Assembly (NCBI GenBank): GCA_038496445.1
Contig: JALMLS010000194.1
Coordinates: 124,001-188,000 of the forward strand
DNA: 64,000 bases
Source: Trichosphaerium sp. ATCC 40318
Lineage: Eukaryota > Protista > Tubulinea
Reading direction: 5' to 3'
Of this stretch, positions 55,934 through 64,000 are shown piece after piece. Made by a program: the position numbers and the translations under genes. Each line of letters begins with the position of its first letter. Position 1 is the stretch's first letter. The notes beneath the pieces are model-generated. The model made no database searches. It was given only the letters and a program-made list of their open reading frames with translations, and was not told the origin of the DNA.

Positions 55934-57090
55934 ATGATAATAATTTCTGACCTTCATTTTGGCACGTTTGCAGTTGACGCCCAAGAACAAGTACTTAAGG
56001 CCGCTATAAAGGATGGTCTGGTTGTCATATCAGGAGACTTGACGTACAGCGTATCTTATTCAAAGCCTCAACCGATTGTAGGTACAAATCAAAAACAAAC
56101 TCATTTCTGGAAGCTCAGGCGTTCATTAAAAAGCTCAAAGACAATGGAGTTTGCATTGTACGCAATTTGCCTGAAATACATTTTTCTGTTAACAGAGCAT
56201 TGTAATTTAGGTATTGACAACTGGTAACCACGATTTCGGTGGCTCTGTCGCGGAGGCTGCTTCAAGAGTTGTAGGCTTGCGGTCTATACACACAGGCAAG
56301 TGTAAATCGCTTTACGAGTAATAGTGAAGACTAAAACATACGAAAAGGTTACTCAACCGCACGTGCTAACCTATTACAACTTTTTCAAAACAATATTTTT
56401 TGTCAAGAAGAGGTTTTAGCTTTCAACAAAGAAGAGCTTGATACCATAGTAATCGCTAGATCGTGTGTTTTCGTTGCATTAAGGTAAGTAATTTTGGAGG
56501 TGTTTTGAAGTGTAACAAGGGTGCCTTTGTTCTAGGAGCCAACACCGTAAGATGCCAAGGATAAAATCTAATCAAATTGATTGGGCTGTCAAAGAACTTA
56601 ACAAGCTGGAAGATATTAGCGAGTATACACTTCACTTTGTTACACATCACTCGCTGTGGCAAGATGCTAGTACGCATTAGAAGTATACACAGCGTGCTTA
56701 CTGATTAACGTTAAAGGTGATAAACACAAGCCTCTAGGCAATCAAAAGGAGCTCGAAAATAAGTTGTTGGTACCATTTGGTTTTGCAAGCTACATCCACG
56801 GTCACAATCACAGATTCACGCTTCAGGTGCACCCTCCACGCTTGATCACATATACCCTGACTCACTTTTTAACGAAGGATACACATACGCCTAACATGAA
56901 CACGAGAATCATGCGTGTAGGCGTGCCTACAGTTAGTGAAAGAAGCAGAAGTTTCGTTCCAGGATATTTACGGTGGAAAGGCACCAGGCCAAAGTTTGTT
57001 GCTATAGAGATATCACCAGAATCAGGAGATGAGATGGAGGATGATAAAGCAGTTGATACGGACAAAGAGATTTTAGACGTCAGCAGTTAA
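55934..57090 (+). CDS. Calcineurin-like metallophosphoesterase
   Basis: ISDLHFG, VISGDLT, GNHD, LLHH and HGHNH motifs in order. Confidence 0.85.
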
Positions 57091-57415
57091 AAGAAGGGAA
57101 TAGATTATCCTTCTTAGTATGCTCAACCAACACAACAGCAATCTTGAGGTTATCTCAGAAATCTTGTATTGGATAGTTTGTAGGCGTTAAGTGAGTTGCT
57201 ACATTGCGATATTGTGACCAATAATAAAACAAGGCCTAGTTTTGGTAATGGTGATTTAATAAGTCTAACTAAAAAGGCTCCTCACGTGCTTATCAATCAG
57301 CTTTTGCATTTATTACACGTTATTCATCGTTTCCAACAGTTTGGTACGCTACAATTACAATTGTAGCTGAAGTTGCTTTTTGATTTTTAACGAATGCAAG
57401 GACTGGAATTGTAGA

Positions 57416-59868
57416 ATGATTCTACGCGTTAGCCGTTCATATCGGCGTAGATGCGCATTAGTTAGAAATAAGCGAACGCTTTCAGTTGGAAATGGTAAAA
57501 ATTCCTCCGCCTTAATTTACACTCCGTACAACCAACGCAGCTACTCCACTATGATAAAGGCACTTCAAGAAAAGGATTATGTAGACATGCTTAGCGACTA
57601 CGCGAAAACTTTAAAGCAGAGTCCTATACGCTCGCTGTTTCCTCTATTAAAGATCCCTGGAATGGTATTACACTTTTTTTAAAACAGAATGTGTTGTCAG
57701 GCGCATTTTCTATTTTTTTCGCTACAACGCTATTTTACGCTGTTTTATGTATCTAAGACATTCTCGATTACATTCTAACAATCATTTTACAGATTTCTCT
57801 TGGCGCCGGTATTCCAAGCCCAGAAGCATTCCCTATCGCTGGTATAAGCGTGAAACTTACTGGAGGTATGTCAGCCGTTGTTTCCCCGCATTTTTATTCA
57901 TAATCGTGTTAGGCGAGTCAGTTGATGTCCCAGAGGATATATTAAAGTCAGGCATGACTTACACATCATCCGTACGCCTATTCATCAACTTATAGCTGAA
58001 AAAAGTAACAAAGCTTAGAAAGGTCTCCCAAAGCTCGTAGAATGGATTATACAACATCAAATCGACGTACACTACCATAGACCAGCAGAAGATTGGGATG
58101 TATGCCTTACAAACGGTTTGTTTAGAATCCAGAAAAAAATCCACAAACTAATGCTGTCAACCTACAGGAAGCCAAGATGGTATTTCAAAAATTTTTCAAA
58201 TGTTATGTAATGAAGATGATATTGTACTATGCGATAATCCAATCTATGCGTACGTGGATAACGAGAAGCGATTACATTCGCATGATTAAGTTTCCACCTA
58301 TTTTTTTTATTATTATTTTGCGATTAAGGTTTTTTTAACAATCTCTTAGAGGTGCACGTGCAGCTATGGGTATAATCAAGTGCCATGGTGTTGAAACAGA
58401 TCAACATGGTCTAGTCCCAGAGGCCCTACAAAAAACACTAGAAGAGTGGCCAGACAAGGCAACCAAACCAAGAGTGCGTTTTCTTTTCTTGCTTCCAACT
58501 TTTTTTTTATCTTTTCTGTTCTCTATCGAACAACGCTTGACTAATCAATCTTATCTTAACGTTAATGGATTCTTTTAGGTTTTGTATACAGTTCCAACCG
58601 GTCAGAACCCTTCAGGAAGCACTTTGAGCCATGATAGGCGTAAACAGATTTTAAAAATTGCCTCAGATCACAACCTTATAATCCTTGAAGATGATCCGTA
58701 CTGGTACGCAAGCAGCTTCATTTTCAAAACATAAGAATGAATTTAAAAGATTGTTTTTTTCTTCAAGTGTCACGTGTCATGAGTTATTAATACTTTGTTT
58801 GTATAGGTATCTTTGCCTTGGCGAGAACCCTGAGCCTATTGAGAGTCTAGCTTCAATGGACAAAGAAGGACGTGTATTGCGTTGTGATTCGTTCAGTAAA
58901 ATTATCTCTCCTGGTCTTCGTCTCGGTTGGGTAACAGGCCCAAAACCCTTAGTAGCACGTATTCAATTATTGAATCAACGTACTGTTATACATGCATCAG
59001 GTAATATATTGCGATTATTTCAAAGAAAACAACACGTGCTTGCGAACTCAGCAGAGGTCAACAAACTGTTTTTTTTTTTTTGTTTTGCACTTGTTTCCCT
59101 TTTTGCTTTGTTGCTTGTTTGGTTTGTTGATGTTTTTTTTCTTTTGTTAAGGTATTAGCCAAGCTATCGTATTGTCTATATTACAGAGTTGGGGAAAAGA
59201 AGGATTTGCAAAACACGTGAAAGAGTTACAGGCGTTGTATACAAAAAAACGCGATGCTATACTGTCGTTTTGTACCAAGTATTTGACTGGTCTAGCAACA
59301 TGGCACACCCCTAGAGCTGGTATGTTTGTTTGGATTAAACTGACAGGTATCGATGATTCCGAAGATCTAATCCGTAACCACGCAGTTAAGGCTAAGGTAC
59401 GCACATGACTTGATTTTGATTCAAACATTACTTTACCTCACACGTTTTTTTTTTTCAGGTTATATTTTTATGGGGTGCTTCTTGTTCTCCTTCTGGCGAA
59501 AAATCGCCATATGTTCGTGCAGCGTTTTCCTTGGCATCTATTGAGGTGCGATATTGTCCATTTTCTCATTTTTTTCTCTGATTTCAAAAAAAAAAATTGG
59601 AGCGACCGAGCCTTTTTTTTGTTGTGCTCAGTCGACTGAGCGTTAGCCTTTTAAGTACATGGTTAAGCGTGCAGTCTTTTTCTGTCGCTAATTCGTTATT
59701 TTACTCATCGGTAGAGCTGTTTCCTTGTTTTTCTTGGTCTACAAGAAAATTATCATAAAATTATCACAAAATTTTTTCGAGTTTTTTGGATTAGTATTAA
59801 TTGTGATTTAATAGCAAATGGAAGAAGGTATCAAGAGGCTTGCAAGTGTATTAAAAGATAGAAAGTAG
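57416..59868 (+). CDS. AADAT: Kynurenine/alpha-aminoadipate aminotransferase (PLP, class I)
   Basis: SPIRSL...ISLGAGIP, LYTVPTGQNPSG, ILEDDPYW, DSFSKIISPGLRLGW, GMFVW and YVRAAFS. Confidence 0.9.
59604..59739 (+). repeat. 136-bp intronic hairpin element, copy A
   Basis: About 95% identical to the reverse complement of 60877-61014. Ends GACCGAG/CTTGGTC; internal palindrome GCTCAGTCGACTGAGC. Lies in the last AADAT intron. Confidence 0.88.
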
Positions 59869-60499
59869 ATAATAACAAAATAAATAATTTCATTTGAAAA
59901 AAACGTGTTTTTTTATTTGCATTCAAAAAGTTGAATACTGTTAAACTAAACAAGTCACGCCCCTATTTAAAGGTCACGTAATGTTCAGAATAATCACGGA
60001 ATAAAGAGTTATCTATGTCAGCCTTTGCTACACTTCATTTTCTTCAACTGAGAATCCTTAAAACGTTCGAGTCTTAGAAAAAGTCAGGCTGTGTTTTTCA
60101 AGATAGACAATAACGCAGGAGTCAAATCCATCGCTAAAACGTCATTGCGGTCTTGATTTAAGGTATTGTAGCACAAACCTCAGAGAATTGGGATGTGATA
60201 CCAGTTAGGCATACGGGTGGATTCAGTGCAAGACCCACGGGGTCAGCGACTAGAAGAAAAATAAATAAATAAAAAATTAGCACTTAGTTTGCGCTACCGA
60301 GTGTTTTTCAAAGTGATAACTGACTCATCGATAGTCTGTATGTAGCCAACAAGCATATAAATCGCATGTAAATTATCACTAGCTCTACAAGTATAAGGCG
60401 TAAGAAGAAAAGGAGTTAATAAAACATACTTGCTCTATTGATTGCCTTGATTTGTAGTTTTTCTACTATCGGGTTCTTGTGCAATAGGGATGAATACTT

Positions 60500-62500
60500 C
60501 ATGTCGGTGTAAGTGTAGTAAACAATTGGTTGAGACATTTATGCAACCACCTTAGAAATAAAGTGAACAACCACCAAACTGTGAATTTTCCTGTTGAAAA
60601 TTCCTTTCTCTCTTACCTTTGCAGAGCTCTTTTTTTCTTGTCATTAAAATTTTCCATTCTCCATTCGAAATGCGGATACAGCAGTTCAACGCACTGAGGA
60701 AAAGGTACTAGAGCAACACGTGATGTTGTAGTAAGAGCGCTTCCATTGTTATCAACAATCTGGCTCTCTGCAACACGATACCAGTCTGTAACATGACAGA
60801 TCTTCAGTTTCTTTTCTAGTGCTAAGAATGTATTTAGAATTTTTTCCACAAAGTAGGGTTTTTAGCTTTGTTTGGCGACCAAGAAAAAACAAGGAAAAAA
60901 GCTCTACCGATGAGTAAAATAACGAATAAGTGACAGAAAAAGACTGCACGCTTAACCATGTGCTTAAAAGGCTAACGCTCAGTCGACTGAGCGCAACAAA
61001 AAAAAGGCTCGGTCTACGAAAGTTTTTTGAAAATATGAAAGAAAACCCGCTCAATTGGCGTACATTTCAGATATGTCACAATGTTTTTTGGATTATGCCA
61101 GTATCGAGTTGGTGCTGCACTAATAAAAAAGAAGACTTAAGAATAAAAAACCTAAAATGTGTTCATAGAGTCATCTCGTACAGGAACCGCCATTCTTGCC
61201 ATCTATACTCTGGGAATATATTCTTTAGCATACGAGTTAAAGATTGGCCAAACCTTTATAACTAGTCAGTACAACTAAAGAACAAGAACAAGATTTCTTG
61301 TTTACCTAGCAGCCAAACCACCACCATGAGCTGTTTGTACATTTGTCACGGTTACTTTATACCAATCGTCCATAACCTTAACTTTAAGCTTGCGTGCAAT
61401 AGTGTTCATATGGCTTTGTCGATTATACAATTCACTCCAATGTCCTTTCCGCACGTGGCTGTAGAAATAAGAAAAAGAAAAAAAATCTTCACGTGAAAAA
61501 AAAAAAAAGAAAAAGAAGGCTTACGCAAACTTTGTTACATCCCAATTATGTGATGGGTATAACGCTTGTAAAGTTGTTCCAAGATGACTATTATGTCTAA
61601 ATATTATATGAATAAAAACACATTGTGGTGGATGTCAATGAATCATTTTTTTGCTGCACTTTTTGAAACTTTGAAAAATTGGGCTTACTTTGAGATGACG
61701 TGCTTGCTCCCGTATTTCAGTATATCCTCATTTATACACTTGTACCAATCATCAAGTACTTTAATAACAAGCTTAGCTCCAATATGATCCATAAACGTGC
61801 GTTGCATAGGCAAAGACCAAAAGTGTCTCGGCATTGGTCTAGTAAATGTCAGCTTCATTTTACACTCAAAATGTATAAAAAAAACCAAACAAAACAAATC
61901 AATGAAGCGAACCTAAAGTCCCATAACAGCCACTCTATTTCTGGATACACGGCGTACAATGCTTTTCTCAAGGAGTACCCATATCTACGAGAAGAGTTAA
62001 CCGCCCTCAAGCGAGAAAAGGTAATAACCAATGTCGGCAACAATAAAAATGATGAAACAACTTTAAATCTTACCTGCTGAGCAAACCACTGCCTCCACTT
62101 CCAACAACTGAAATTGTGGGCGTGTCATACCAATCACTTGTTATATGCACGCGCATACGCGGTGCTAGTACGTCTTTTACCTCCTGTTAGCGTTTGTTTA
62201 GGTAAAATGTTGTTTGTACCGTCAAAAAAGCTGCGTTGGTGTTCCAGGCTATTCCAATAGCCCGATGATGCCTGTCCTGGCTTATATATTGTCCTTACGC
62301 CTAATGTATCATTTTTTCGATGTCCTTTGGCTACAATATACAGTTTACGTGATCCAACGTGCGTTATCATGTCTAAAAGGTACAAATTGTAGTCAACATT
62401 GTTATTTTGTTTCTAAATAAGAGGTACATACGCACCTGGTACGTGGGAGTAGCCACCTCGTGTCTGATGCGTACGGCAACGTTTAGAGAGTGTGCGACAT
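60500..62500 (-). CDS. Trp-rich helical tandem-repeat protein (W...QR.F.D...L.....DWY units); boundaries uncertain
   Basis: Four units: YWNSLEHQRSFFD; FWSLPMQRTFMDHIGAKLVIKVLDDWY; HWSELYNRQSHMNTIARKLKVKVMDDWY; YWHNPKNIVTYLKSLEKKLKICHVTDWY. Each is followed by L..(V/L)(Y/F)P...W..F. Confidence 0.7.
60877..61014 (-). repeat. 138-bp intronic hairpin element, copy B
   Basis: Inverted copy of 59604-59739 inside an intron (about 60822-61061) of the minus-strand repeat gene. Confidence 0.88.
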
Positions 62501-62764
62501 CTAAATTAAACCGCCAAAACACCACAACTGTTACAAGTGTTGATTCTTCACCTTAGTAGATATTTGACGATTTTGTTGGCATTTAACGCTTGAATGGATA
62601 AAAAGAGACAAACGTATCACGCCAACGATAGTTTATATAGCTAGTACGCTACTAGTAGTACTCCCGACACTGATAGGTGAGAATAGAAGCCAAAAAGCGT
62701 TTTGGGTTGTTTACACAACATTTACAGAACAGTACAAATAATTTCGTTTCAAATTATAACGCAA

Positions 62765-62838
62765 GCTTCCGTAGCTCAGTTGGTTAGAGCGCACGACTGT
62801 TAATCGTGAGGTCGTAGGTTCGACCCCTACCGGGAGCG
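62765..62838 (+). tRNA. tRNA-Asn(GUU)
   Basis: GCTTCCG...CGGGAGC acceptor stem, D-arm GCTCAGTTGGTTAGAGC, anticodon arm CACGA-CTGTTAA-TCGTG, T-loop GTTCGAC and a downstream T-run (Pol III terminator). Confidence 0.96.
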
Positions 62839-63136
62839 TTGATTCTTTTTTACTTTAGTATTTCTGCAGGTCTTGTACTTGTTTGAACGCGCAAACCAGT
62901 TTGCCATCTTCTAATTCCATGTTTTTACAATGAAAACTCACAATTTTCGTTTTACAATCCAGCACTTTGCACTTGTGTAAACGGTTTTTCCTCTCCACAA
63001 CAATAAAGGAAACTACGTATTTGAGATGCTTAAGATTGGACCAACGGGTTATCTTTCAATTTGTCCGAGCGACTTTGTGTAATTGTCCGAGTACATCCGT
63101 GAACCATTTCACTTTTTAACTGGAATATCATATAAC

Positions 63137-64000
63137 ATGACAACAACTCAACAAGAAGCACTTACAGGTAACTTTGCGCCTGTCTCTGCGGAGACAACGG
63201 CCAATAACCTAAGTGTCATTGAAGGTAATCAAAACCGTGCGATATACGCCCTAACATACCCATAGGCTCTATACCGAAAGATTTAGACGGTTTATTCGTC
63301 AGTACGTTAACTATTCAGCAATTCTAGCCCACGCTCAATTTCTGCTTAGGAAATGGACCTAATCCGCAGTATCCTCCTGTCAAGTACGTTTTTATGGTTT
63401 TAATAGCTTCTATGCATCATAACACTCATTGTAGGGGTTATCACTGGTTTATGGGTGCGTTGGCGTATGATTGACGCCTTTTATAACTTTTTTAGGTGAT
63501 GGCATGCTTCATGCTGTCCGTTTTTCCGCTAGTCAAGCATCGTTCATCAACAGGCAAGTTTTTTGGGTGTTATTAGTGCCATTGTTTGTTTTTAATGTTG
63601 CTTGCAGGTTTGTCCAGACTGAAGCGTATCTGTACGAAAAGAAGCTTGGTAGAGCTTACTTTTATTCCATCTTTACGGATATGATCGGTATTCCGTACGT
63701 AAAAAGATACTTGGCCTCAAAAGAATCACGTGTTGTTAACCGGTTTTTTTCATCCGAATATTTTGGTTATTTTCTTGCTTTTGTTCGCATCTCCAGTCTT
63801 TCGAATAAAACACTTATTTCATGGAGGTTTTGTGCTTACTGAGGTTGTTTAGGAGTGTAATTAGCATGATGTATCATAGTGCAAGAACATCATACCTTGG
63901 TGGAGCACCAAATCCTTGGAAGAGTACGAATACTTTGTTCTTCACTCTACTACCTCACCGCTCCTGTTTTCCTTCTCACAATCGTTACAAATAGAGAGAA
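63137..64000 (+). CDS. Carotenoid oxygenase (CCD/RPE65 family), 5' part
   Basis: GNFAPV...VIEGSIPKDLDGLFVRNGPNPQ...YHWFMGDGMLHAVRF...NRFVQT. Confidence 0.9.

Overview
AT-rich, very gene-dense eukaryotic DNA with many short (about 40-100 nt) spliceosomal introns. It is probably a free-living protist; an amoebozoan affinity is my inference only. The ORF track shows exon fragments, so I spliced gene models by eye and the boundaries are approximate. I can support about 30 protein genes: RPA1 (partial), an RCC1-BTB protein, a mitochondrial carrier, an OPT transporter, an omega-3-type desaturase, a SnoaL-like protein, ATP synthase beta, an ankyrin protein, EHD, akirin, SEH1, DHODH, a Kelch-PB1-MAP3K, FCP1, CNNM, HOP2, PGGT1B, a Spt23/Mga2-like factor, a tyrosine phosphatase-like protein, glycerol kinase, LipB, bL33, a metallophosphoesterase, AADAT, a Trp-repeat protein and a carotenoid oxygenase (partial). 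There is also one tRNA-Asn and a 5.9-kb CpG-depleted island of nested transposons. Most notable: (1) F1-beta appears spliced in frame to an extra C-terminal region of about 410 aa; (2) an intronless, frameshifted PHYHIP/ADP-ribosyltransferase-like gene; (3) a CAGTA-ended MITE family with 2-bp target-site duplications (TSDs) inside an island with a clear CpG-deamination signature; (4) a 136-138 bp hairpin element in introns of two neighbouring genes with shared GC|TAC flanks; (5) unusual splice signals (GTACGT donors, frequent GC-AG introns and AAG acceptors).
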